Positions 1 through 8,323 of a stretch of 16,507 nucleotides of DNA are shown piece by piece. This stretch comes from Amoeboradix gromovi X-113. Its lineage: Eukaryota > Fungi > Sanchytriomycota. The translations under genes were made by a program, and so were the position numbers. Under the pieces are notes generated by a model. It was not told where the DNA came from and ran no database searches. It saw only the letters and a list, made by a program, of their open reading frames with translations. Position 1 is the first letter of the stretch. Each line of letters opens with the position of its first letter. The DNA lies in the NCBI GenBank assembly GCA_018985225.1, contig JADGIF010000161.1, positions 1 through 16,507 on the forward strand, read 5' to 3'.

Positions 1-225
1 ATGGATAAGAGTAATGATGCTAGTATAACATTAAATGAAATGAAGAAAGAGTACCGTCTAAGAAAATGCACCTTTTGCTTGGATGCTCAAAGACCTCATA
101 TATTTGAACGAGATGCAGGGTCTTCTAGTTTTATTTTGAAGAGGGGATTGAAAGTAATGAAAGAAGAATGGTATAATAGAAGATCTTTTATTAATGATTT
201 CCTGCGTATGGAGCACCTTCTTTAA
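1..225 (+). mobile_element. C-terminal fragment of a Fanzor/TnpB-family RuvC nuclease ('family A', Fanzor1-like); truncated by the window edge and still open
   Basis: Translation ...YRLRKCTFCLDAQRPHIFERDAGSSSFILKRG has the second CxxC of the zinc finger followed by an xRD RuvC-III-like motif. The paralogous copy at 16254-16507 supplies the missing upstream EYHTSKNCSAC (RuvC-II Glu + first CxxC). The ATG at position 1 is ATA in the other copy, so it is probably an internal codon. Confidence 0.75.
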
Positions 226-277
226 ATACGAGTTAGTCTAGTTTTTATATTTGGTGTCCCATATCTTAATCATGTTT

Positions 278-358
278 TAGAATTAATGATTTTAATTCTA
301 GTTTGAGCCTAGAGTAGATTTAACGGTCGTGCAGCCAGATTCAACAAATCAAGGCTGG
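278..358 (+). ncRNA. Candidate omega-RNA scaffold / transposon right end downstream of the family-A Fanzor
   Basis: Perfect 9-bp stem TAGAATTAA-tgatt-TTAATTCTA (278-300) and a second stem-loop at 332-358 (CAGCC/GGCTG or CCAG/CTGG closing GATT/AATC), at the position where Fanzor omega-RNAs lie. Function is inferred. Confidence 0.3.
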
Positions 359-600
359 TATATTCACCATTTCTAATGATAAGTTTGCAGATATTATAAA
401 GGAAAGTAAGCTATATGGGTATCTGATAGTGGATATTTTAACATCGAAGTTACAAACAATAATCGTGAAAGAACAATATTTTAAAGTTTCCGTACAACTC
501 CTAGTTAAAACTACCGATTTTCCACAAAAAAATGAGATAGAGTAGTCTCACCGTTAAAGCAATTACTCACGCTGTTACAATCCTAAGATGGGATTGAATA

Positions 601-801
601 GGGATCCATATACCTCAATTATATGTTCCTTGCTACAACATGCTCTCTATCCATTTGCCGGATGACATTTTGAACAAATTTAGCTCTCCAAAATTGGGTT
701 TTAAGATTGCCACACTTTGTTATGGTTTGGTTAGTAAATGCTTCACTACATTCGACTAGCGTTTCCCTCTTTCTTTTATATCTGAACTCCAAACGTTCTT
801 T
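601..801 (-). pseudogene. Degenerate Fanzor2/IS607-TnpB-like nuclease C-terminus ('family B')
   Basis: Minus strand from 801 reads KERLEFRYKRKRETLVECSEAFTNQTITKCGNLK...MDREHVVARNI*LRYMDP. The second zinc pair CSKCH (tgt tca aaa tgt cat) is in a shifted frame. This matches the pattern E-x-x-TS-x-TCxxCG...CxxC...DRD-x-x-x-ARNI, with an in-frame stop at 619-621. Absent from the ORF track. Confidence 0.8.
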
Positions 802-901
802 GACTGAGACGTTTGGTACGTATTTACTGTCGCTAATTAATATATAATTTTATTTGATTGGTCATGATGTTGTAAATAACCAACTGGGTGATTTTCCAAA
901 C

Positions 902-3418
902 ATGAGTAATGTCAAAGTCATTTGTCGATTCCGTCCTCCAAATAGCCGTGAAAAGGAAGAAAATGCTACTATCATTGTTGATTTTCCTTCTGATGTCTCA
1001 GTAGTCTATGATTCTAACGACCAAAAACAAACTTTTAATTTTGATAAAGTCTTTCCGATGTCAACCAAGCAGCATGAGATATACGATGAATGCCATGAGA
1101 CAGTCGAGGATTTGTTTTCTGGTTACAATGGCACCATTTTCGTTTATGGTCAGACTGGTGCTGGTAAATCCTTTACGATGAGTGGTGTTCAAAATGACAT
1201 TCACCTGAAAGGACTTATTCCTCGCTTAATTGAGCGTGTTTTTGATAAGATACTGGAAAGTAGCGAAGATATGGAATTTACGGTCGGCTGCTCTTTTTTA
1301 GAGATTTATTGCGAGAAAATCAAAGATTTGTTAGATCCTGTAAATGACAATTTGGCTATTCACGAAGAAAAATCTAGAGGTGTTTATGTTAAGAATCTCT
1401 CAAATATTTATTGTGGATCCACAGCGGAAGTCTACTCAGTCTTGGATCGAGGTAATGAGAACCGAGCCACATCTGCTACTAAAATGAATGCCGAGTCCAG
1501 TAGATCTCATTCCATTTTTGTTATTACTGTTACTTGTAAAACATCTGATGGGTCTTTGAAGTCTGGTAATTTATATCTCGTCGATTTGGCCGGAAGCGAA
1601 AAGGTCGGCAAAACTGGTGCAAGTGGCCAAACATTGGAAGAAGCTAAAAAGATCAACAAATCTCTCTCCGCTTTAGGGATGGTTATTAATGCTCTAACAG
1701 ACGGCAAGTCTACGCATGTTCCTTATCGTGACTCTAAATTAACCCGTATTTTACAGGAATCGTTAGGCGGTAATTCCAGAACCACTTTAATCATAAATTG
1801 TTCTCCTTGCCAATTTAACGATCAAGAAACACTGGGAACCCTTAGGTTTGGTACCCGTGCTAAATCTATTCAAAACAAGGCTGTGGTTAACCAGGAACTT
1901 TCATCAAAGGAACTCAAGAAGTTGTATAGAAGAGCCGAGATGCAGAGTATTACTTACTATCAGTGGCTCATCAAATGCGCTGATGAATTAGAATCATGGC
2001 ACAACAGCGATCCAGTTGAAACCCCAATAAATGTTCTCGAAATCCGACAGTTGGCAAAACCTCGTGAACTAGAAAAGGCACCGTCAGCAACCACGGCGAC
2101 TAATTCCACAAATAATAATAGCAACTTAGCTCCAATTGATACTGCCAGTGTAGTATCATCCAGCAATGCGGATATTCCCATTGAGATTCCAACTGACATC
2201 ACCCCAAGCGAGAGCGATGTTTATTTAAGGGAAAACGAACTAATGGATGAACTAACAGAGAAGGAAACAATTTTGAAGCAAACTTCGGATCAGCTAAATC
2301 ACTATCAATCGAAAGTAAGTGATTTGATGGCCGAGAATCAAGATTTAAATCAATTTAATGAATCTTTAAAATTAAAGTTAAATGAAATGGAGTTCAAGTT
2401 AGAAGAGTTCAAAGCAGAGATGGAGCAGACAGTAGAGTTAAAAAGCTTGAGAAGTGAAAAGTCTTATGTTGCACTAGATAAGGCGCAGCAGCAAGAAAAT
2501 GAAGTCATTGCGTTAGCAATGGATGCCTTGGACGAATTACAAGAGGGCAACATGGATGTGCTTAAGAACAAGGTCATGCGTCTTGGTGAGCAGAACCAGC
2601 TGTTAGCTCACCAAAACCATGAGCTACATCGGCAATTAAAAACTTTAACAGAGGAGTATGAAATGGTACTGGAGCAGAGCATTGAGAACGAAGAAGATGA
2701 GGATGCTAAGCCTGTATTTGGTTTATCTGAAAAATTAAAGAAATTGCATTCAGAAAAGTCAAAAACTGTGGAGATGAAATTAAAAGACTTGCAAGATTTA
2801 ATGGAGCAAAAAGATGCGGAAATTAACAGATTAGAGATGCAGTTGAACTCCCAGGATATTAAAGTAATGGATGATTCCCCTGATGGATTAAAGAGGCAAC
2901 TAAGTAAGCAAATTACGGACTTCGAGACCATGAAGAAACAGTTGATGAGGGATGTTCAGAGTAAGTGTGACAAAATTAAGACATTGCAGAGCGAACTGGA
3001 TGATGCGAAGGACTCATACGGAAAATTAATAAACTCAAACCCTAGTGGGCTGGACATAAAAAAGATGGCCATGTTGGAGCGCAACTTGGATCAGCTAACC
3101 AAAGTGCAGCAACAGTTGGTTAGCCAAAATAACCAATTAAAGAAGGAAACAGCGCTAAACGAGCGCAAACTAGGAATGAAAGAAGAACGGATAAGTAAAT
3201 TGCAAGAAATGCATGAAGAGTTGTCTCATAAATTATTACAACAATCACAGCAGTATGAGCAACAATTAGCAGATTTGAGGATGAACTCAGGTGGGGCAGA
3301 AAGTGTGCACCATGCAAGAATAGCAAAACCTATACGAGGAGGACAGCAAATCACGTCACCAGATGAAGCAATGAGTAAACGATCAAGTTGGTTCATGTCT
3401 TCAATGTGGAAGAAGTAA
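902..3418 (+). CDS. kinA: Kinesin-1 heavy chain (fungal conventional kinesin, KinA/NKin type), 838 aa
   Basis: Motor motifs VICRFRP, YGQTGAGKS (P-loop), NAESSRSH, LVDLAGSE and HVPYRDSKLTRILQESLGGNSRT; coiled-coil stalk; IAKPIRGG autoinhibitory motif and fungal KRSSWF tail. The first ATG is at 902; the track's 854 start is a non-ATG codon. Confidence 0.96.
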   Translation: MSNVKVICRFRPPNSREKEENATIIVDFPSDVSVVYDSNDQKQTFNFDKVFPMSTKQHEIYDECHETVEDLFSGYNGTIFVYGQTGAGKSFTMSGVQNDIHLKGLIPRLIERVFDKILESSEDMEFTVGCSFLEIYCEKIKDLLDPVNDNLAIHEEKSRGVYVKNLSNIYCGSTAEVYSVLDRGNENRATSATKMNAESSRSHSIFVITVTCKTSDGSLKSGNLYLVDLAGSEKVGKTGASGQTLEEAKKINKSLSALGMVINALTDGKSTHVPYRDSKLTRILQESLGGNSRTTLIINCSPCQFNDQETLGTLRFGTRAKSIQNKAVVNQELSSKELKKLYRRAEMQSITYYQWLIKCADELESWHNSDPVETPINVLEIRQLAKPRELEKAPSATTATNSTNNNSNLAPIDTASVVSSSNADIPIEIPTDITPSESDVYLRENELMDELTEKETILKQTSDQLNHYQSKVSDLMAENQDLNQFNESLKLKLNEMEFKLEEFKAEMEQTVELKSLRSEKSYVALDKAQQQENEVIALAMDALDELQEGNMDVLKNKVMRLGEQNQLLAHQNHELHRQLKTLTEEYEMVLEQSIENEEDEDAKPVFGLSEKLKKLHSEKSKTVEMKLKDLQDLMEQKDAEINRLEMQLNSQDIKVMDDSPDGLKRQLSKQITDFETMKKQLMRDVQSKCDKIKTLQSELDDAKDSYGKLINSNPSGLDIKKMAMLERNLDQLTKVQQQLVSQNNQLKKETALNERKLGMKEERISKLQEMHEELSHKLLQQSQQYEQQLADLRMNSGGAESVHHARIAKPIRGGQQITSPDEAMSKRSSWFMSSMWKK

Positions 3419-3459
3419 TAAATATAAATGCAATTTGCCAAAAGCTTTTACTAATTCCC

Positions 3460-4062
3460 TTACTCGACTTTGTCACTCGTCTTTTTCTCCTTATGTAATG
3501 CTTTAGATCTCTGTTTAAGCATGTGAGTATACAGTACAAACAATCCAGGTATATAACATGCCATGATTATATAAAGGATAAAGTTGAATGAATGGTTTTG
3601 CAATGTGACCATATAAAGAGTGAATACTTCCATTGCAACTCCTACAGGGTACAGAACAATAAATCCAGTATATCGAACCCATAGTAACGGATAAGGGATA
3701 TACCCGATCTCTTTGAACGCATAAAACGAATAACGTATGACCTCAGCTACAGACCAAGCCGAGACTAAAATGAGGTAGCTGAAACTCATTCTCAGCTCTT
3801 CTGATTGCCATAAGTAATAAGGTCCCCATACTATTAATAATCTAGAGGCGACTTGAATCATAGTGTTGAGTGCGCTAGTATTTAGCAGCAGTGCATGAAT
3901 GGGTTCTAAAAGTGCTACTGATTGAATTATTCGTAAATAATCCACGGTCTGGTAAGCTAAGCTGAAGTAAAACTTGGTAGATGTGTGGTTGACCACCATG
4001 AATAACATATAAGACCAGGTAGCCAAATTGATAAGGTTGTAAGCCAAAAAATACAGTCCCAT
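3460..4062 (-). CDS. PHS1: Very-long-chain 3-hydroxyacyl-CoA dehydratase (PTPLA/HACD family)
   Basis: Multi-pass membrane protein with QVASR, AWSVAEVIRYSFY, LLWVRYTGFIVLYPVGVAME (catalytic Tyr/Glu) and LYTHMLKQR-K motifs; Lys-rich C-terminus. Confidence 0.93.
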   Translation of the reverse strand: MGLYFLAYNLINLATWSYMLFMVVNHTSTKFYFSLAYQTVDYLRIIQSVALLEPIHALLLNTSALNTMIQVASRLLIVWGPYYLWQSEELRMSFSYLILVSAWSVAEVIRYSFYAFKEIGYIPYPLLWVRYTGFIVLYPVGVAMEVFTLYMVTLQNHSFNFILYIIMACYIPGLFVLYTHMLKQRSKALHKEKKTSDKVE

Positions 4063-4188
4063 TGTGTCAAAAATGGTGATAAGATAAATTTCATTAGACT
4101 GTTCCTTTTAATTGCAATGTGAAGCTAAACTGGTCATGCTACCCTTGTTGCTAGCATTTTAAAAAATTGCACTCCTTGAAAATTGTAA

Positions 4189-5193
4189 ATGACCCTTGCT
4201 AGAGACATAATTAAGAATGGGTCAAATTTAATATCAAAAAGTTCAGTCAGACTGAATGCATCTGATATTGAGTATCTGAAAACTTCCTACCTGCGGTTCA
4301 ACAGTCTAATGAAAACCAAATTTCAAATAGACCCAATAATTAAGAATGACACAACTGGCGCTGTTTGTGAATTAGTTGGCAAAAATAGCGAAAATGCTCA
4401 AAAGTTTATGCATCGATTACTGAAGGTGGAGAACGTCGATTTAAGCAAGTATCCACTACCTGTAGAATTGCAAGATTGGACTGCTTACAGCATTCTACAG
4501 AACAACAATGTTGAGTATGACAGAAGCAAAAGCTCAATCAAGGGTAGAGTTAAGCAGGATATCTCAGATTCGATTAACTTTGTGAAGCTGATCTACCAGT
4601 GGTCAAAAATACAACATTTTGATGTTTTACGAAAATGTGGACACTCTGCTGTACCATTTTACCCATCGTTTGATCCGACTGACTTTAACAGAGGCGCTAA
4701 TAACTATACGGAGTTATTCGACAATTATCTAATCCCAACTGGATACGCTGGGTTTCGATTGTTTCCACACAATATTAGCGCTCCTTACATTGTATCCTCA
4801 ATGGCTAACAGGCAGTTCACTGGTACTCCAAGTACGAACTTTAAACTTTACGTTGAAAAGGGTTTTGCCAATGTTCTTCATCTTGACATGAAATTGTATG
4901 ATTGGAAGGTGGAAACCGGTTATGCCATTCACTTGCAAAAGACGGAAAGCTCTGACTTAATACTAGACTCAGTTGAATTAGAAGGTCCCTCACAGCTTAG
5001 GAAGTTGTCTAACTTAACAATATTTCAACCCATGGAAACTTTGGAGGACTATTCTGATGCAGATGCTGCAATCAAAGCTTACTTTTATATTTCAAACAAT
5101 AACTATGATTTTAGAGTGACCCTTTTTGAAAGCAAGAGGCAGTGTCCAGTAGACTTAATGGAGTATTTGTCTTCGGTTGATTTCGTGAATTAA
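4189..5193 (+). CDS. Hypothetical soluble protein, 334 aa
   Basis: Long ATG-initiated ORF filling the gap between two conserved genes and ending in the TAATAAA stop/poly(A) fusion seen in other genes here; no family recognised. Confidence 0.8.
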   Translation: MTLARDIIKNGSNLISKSSVRLNASDIEYLKTSYLRFNSLMKTKFQIDPIIKNDTTGAVCELVGKNSENAQKFMHRLLKVENVDLSKYPLPVELQDWTAYSILQNNNVEYDRSKSSIKGRVKQDISDSINFVKLIYQWSKIQHFDVLRKCGHSAVPFYPSFDPTDFNRGANNYTELFDNYLIPTGYAGFRLFPHNISAPYIVSSMANRQFTGTPSTNFKLYVEKGFANVLHLDMKLYDWKVETGYAIHLQKTESSDLILDSVELEGPSQLRKLSNLTIFQPMETLEDYSDADAAIKAYFYISNNNYDFRVTLFESKRQCPVDLMEYLSSVDFVN

Positions 5194-5306
5194 TAAATTA
5201 AATTTCCCATTTCGAACTAGCTTTCTTTGCAATATCCACTGGATTTTAAAATGCAATAGTGTAAGAGGTAGTTTAAATAGAAAGTTCAATTCTCCTTTCA
5301 AACACT

Positions 5307-6035
5307 ATGATTTTCAAAAGGCTTTCGTCCAAGAACAATGGTCCCATGTCATTGTGGAAATTACCAATAAGCACAAATTATAAGGAGCTAAAATTGGGAT
5401 CATATTTACCACCCAATTTGCTACCTAATTTTCATTTTACAGCGCCCAAAGCAATGATAGACTTTGGGAAAGATGTGCAGTCAGAGGTTCCGGCTATGCA
5501 AGATTTCAATCGCGCGAATGGTTCTAAGAAGGTTGAAATTAAAGGATTAGAAAAACATGTTTTATTGGTTGATCGTGTTGTTCGGGTAAATAAAGGTGGC
5601 AAGCAGAGCACATTTAGAGTCGTGGCTGTTGTTGGCAATAGAAAGGGTCTGGTGGGATTGGGAATTGGAAAAGCCAAATCGCCAAGAGATGCGATTCCGA
5701 AAGCAGTGGAGGATGCTCAGAATAATTTAGTTTCCGTTCCACTGTACCAGAATAGAACCCTGTTTCATGACGCTACTATTAAGTTCAAGGCAACTATCTT
5801 AGAGTTGCGAATAGCTCCTCCAGGATTTGGATTGAGATGCAATCATGCCATACATTCAATTTGCCAGTGTGCTGGAATAGTCGATATAGGTGCAAAGTTA
5901 CATGGAAGTACAAATGTTATGAATGTTTGCAAGGCTATGATTCAAGCACTGAAATCACAGAGATCTATAAAAGACATATCTATCCAGCGTGGCATCAACA
6001 TTGTTGATTTGAAGAGTAAGTATTATGGGGAGTAA
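5307..6035 (+). CDS. MRPS5: Mitochondrial small-subunit ribosomal protein uS5m
   Basis: Bacterial-type S5 motifs RVVRVNKGGK, VAVVGNRKGLVGLGIGKA, APPGFGL, GIVDIGAKLHGSTNVMNV; basic N-terminal extension consistent with a presequence. Confidence 0.92.
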   Translation: MIFKRLSSKNNGPMSLWKLPISTNYKELKLGSYLPPNLLPNFHFTAPKAMIDFGKDVQSEVPAMQDFNRANGSKKVEIKGLEKHVLLVDRVVRVNKGGKQSTFRVVAVVGNRKGLVGLGIGKAKSPRDAIPKAVEDAQNNLVSVPLYQNRTLFHDATIKFKATILELRIAPPGFGLRCNHAIHSICQCAGIVDIGAKLHGSTNVMNVCKAMIQALKSQRSIKDISIQRGINIVDLKSKYYGE

Positions 6036-6155
6036 TAAACGCATTTCTTTGATCTTAATTTCCGCAATCTGTCGCCACTAATTCATGAGGCCAATGTCAC
6101 TTCAAAAAAATATATCTGTACTACAAGCTGGAGAAATCTTCAAACACCGAATTGA

Positions 6156-6608
6156 ATGACTGCACCAAAAAGCCCAACGAAAGTGAATCCAGTGACACCT
6201 GTTTCTCCGGCAAAACCAGCTGCTTTGCACACTAAGGCACCTTCACCTTCAAAGCCGACCGCACCTGCTGTACAATCTGTAAACATTTCGCAACCTAAAG
6301 CAGCGGATGCAAACAAACGTCTTGCTGAGCAGTCTGAGGTCAATAAGAAACCAAAGGTCGATGAGGTCAAAACTACTGCATCCACGACAGTAGTATCACC
6401 TTCAAAGCAGGCTCCAGTTGCTGCAAAATCGACTTCAAAAACTGCTGCACCGGTCTCCGGAAAGACGGCATCACCAGTTAAGCAAGCTGCTTTGCCAGAG
6501 GATGAAGAAGTAGACGAAGATTTTCAGGTAGAAGAAGATAGTTTCAATTCGGAAGAATTTGAGAATGATGATTCAGAAGAATATTCAGAATACAATGAGG
6601 AATCTTAA
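6156..6608 (+). CDS. Low-complexity protein: basic Pro/Ala/Lys/Thr region with repeated SPxK motifs and an acidic C-terminal tail
   Basis: 150-aa ORF with SPTK, SPAK, SPSK (x2) and SPVK, then an E/D-rich tail; ends in TAATAAA. Confidence 0.75.
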   Translation: MTAPKSPTKVNPVTPVSPAKPAALHTKAPSPSKPTAPAVQSVNISQPKAADANKRLAEQSEVNKKPKVDEVKTTASTTVVSPSKQAPVAAKSTSKTAAPVSGKTASPVKQAALPEDEEVDEDFQVEEDSFNSEEFENDDSEEYSEYNEES

Positions 6609-7773
6609 TAAATCCCTTTAAATTTAAGACGCATGGCTGTACATTGCTACATACATTAAATCTGAGCATAGCTATTAGTTTATTTCTTTATCTTAGAACT
6701 CTGGAAAATGTAGCTGAATTCCAATTCGAATACGACACCATTTGGAGAACACATTGTGATAAGCAGCCAAATTAGCGAGGTTTTAATATAATGATTTTAA
6801 TATCATAGTTTCTTGTGATTATTATTTTTTTTAAATTGCAAATGAATTCCATAACAGCAAATGTATAACTCATGTTAAAGAGTTTGCATCATTTACTTGA
6901 CTTAATCACATTAAATAACGTGACATGTGCTTGATGGATATGGTCCACAATTTACGAAACAGAGAATGTTTTTGAAACATGTCTCGAAAGCATTGACTAG
7001 CAATGCGGAGACTTTTCATGCTTTATCATATTTGCGTTGAGAAGCGAAGTATATTGAGATATTCTCATCTTCGTTCCAAATTTATAAACAAGCGATGAAA
7101 GCATTCTCTGCTAAGAGTTTACTCGGACTTCGTATTTGGAGTTCTCGATTGGCTCTTCTATTGTGCTTGTAACTTTTACCAAAGTAAATTGATTTTTTAT
7201 CATGTTCTTTCACCATTACTGCATTTGATATGAGCGAAATTCATAATATTTTACTCAATTTATACACATCGAAAATGGAAATCCACATGTGCTAAACGTA
7301 GTGTTTGTACTTTAGCAGAAGATATTAAAGCACAACAATAGGAGCTGAATAGCGTATCTATCTGTTCTTACCTTGGTTATTTTGGACCCATTTCATTCCC
7401 ACTTAATAAAGGCACGAAAAATGAATATTAGCTTACTCGCTGAGCTACTCGATTCAGGAGTTGGTTTTTAGTGGTTTTCGTGCACCAGTTCGGGAACTGG
7501 CTGAGTGTCTTTAAGGCTTATCTTAGCCTTAAAGCTACCTTGTTAACTGAATTAATTACTTTTGATGAGTTTTTAGCCACAATGAGAATCTCAGCGTATA
7601 GTAATTTGATAAAATATATTTCATCACTCTATGTACCCTCTCGATCGTGTGTTTGTCATCTTAACATATATACATATTTTTAACTTCTTGACATCTCCTT
7701 TTACCCCAAGACCCCGGTCTACTTTCATAAACCATGACCAACTGTCGGAGAACACATTCAGGAGTCTGTTACG

Positions 7774-8277
7774 ATGCTGTCCATTTTCCTCGCAATTGTA
7801 AGTGCTCAAAGTGCAACGACTGCTCAGCCACCCGCAGCACCATCAGCTTCACCTACGGGCTCTGGTAGCTGTAGCTCTATCCCTGAGTTCAATGCTTGCC
7901 AAAATACGTTTTCCCAACAAAAAATCCAAACTTGTGACCGTCAAGTTCAGAAATCTCAACAAATTAGTAAAGAGACCTGCAATTTGAAAGTGATGCAACA
8001 AACTCTATCCTGTTATAACAATTGTAACACCGAAGGAAGTGGTGCAGAGAGACAAGCATATGCGCAATCTGTTGACGCGCAAAGCGCCAAAGTTCAAAAA
8101 CTCAAAAGCGATAGCAAACCTCCACCTTCCAATACTACTGATGACACTTCTGCCACTGAGACTGAAGATATTTCCTCAGGGTCTAATCCTAATGGCAATA
8201 GTGCTAATTTTAGTAATGGATCTCATTTGCTTGTTTGGTCTGCAATTGCGGCCCTGTTTGCTACGATGCTGATTTAA
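7774..8277 (+). CDS. Probable secreted GPI-anchored cell-surface protein
   Basis: Short hydrophobic signal peptide MLSIFLAIVSA, a 6-Cys domain, a Ser/Thr/Asp-rich linker, a small-residue omega region (SNG) and a hydrophobic C-terminus LLVWSAIAALFATMLI; ends in TAATAAA. Confidence 0.8.
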   Translation: MLSIFLAIVSAQSATTAQPPAAPSASPTGSGSCSSIPEFNACQNTFSQQKIQTCDRQVQKSQQISKETCNLKVMQQTLSCYNNCNTEGSGAERQAYAQSVDAQSAKVQKLKSDSKPPPSNTTDDTSATETEDISSGSNPNGNSANFSNGSHLLVWSAIAALFATMLI

Positions 8278-8323
8278 TAAATTTGTTATGATAAAGACTT
8301 ATTTAAATGTATTTATTGTTAGT

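Noticed and set aside
1-198. Terminal repeats as retrotransposon LTRs
   Set aside because: The repeat is protein-coding (zinc finger + ERD) and no gag/pol lies between the copies.
854-901. N-terminal extensions of kinesin (854-901) and PRS (10660-10707) in the ORF track
   Set aside because: They start at non-ATG codons; family homology begins at the ATGs at 902 and 10659.
6678-6696. 19-nt GT...TAG segment resembling the tiny introns
   Set aside because: It lacks TTAAC and its removal does not create a convincing ATG-initiated ORF.
6925-6980. DGYGPQFT resembling the integrase SDNGPQF motif
   Set aside because: No other DDE integrase residues nearby; a decayed Fanzor or chance explains it equally well.
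7359-7370. TATCTGTTCTTA matching part of U2 snRNA; ACAGAGAA near 6959 matching U6
   Set aside because: The flanking invariant sequences (U2 GTGTAG branch-pairing region; U6 GATTAGCATGG) are absent, so these are chance matches.
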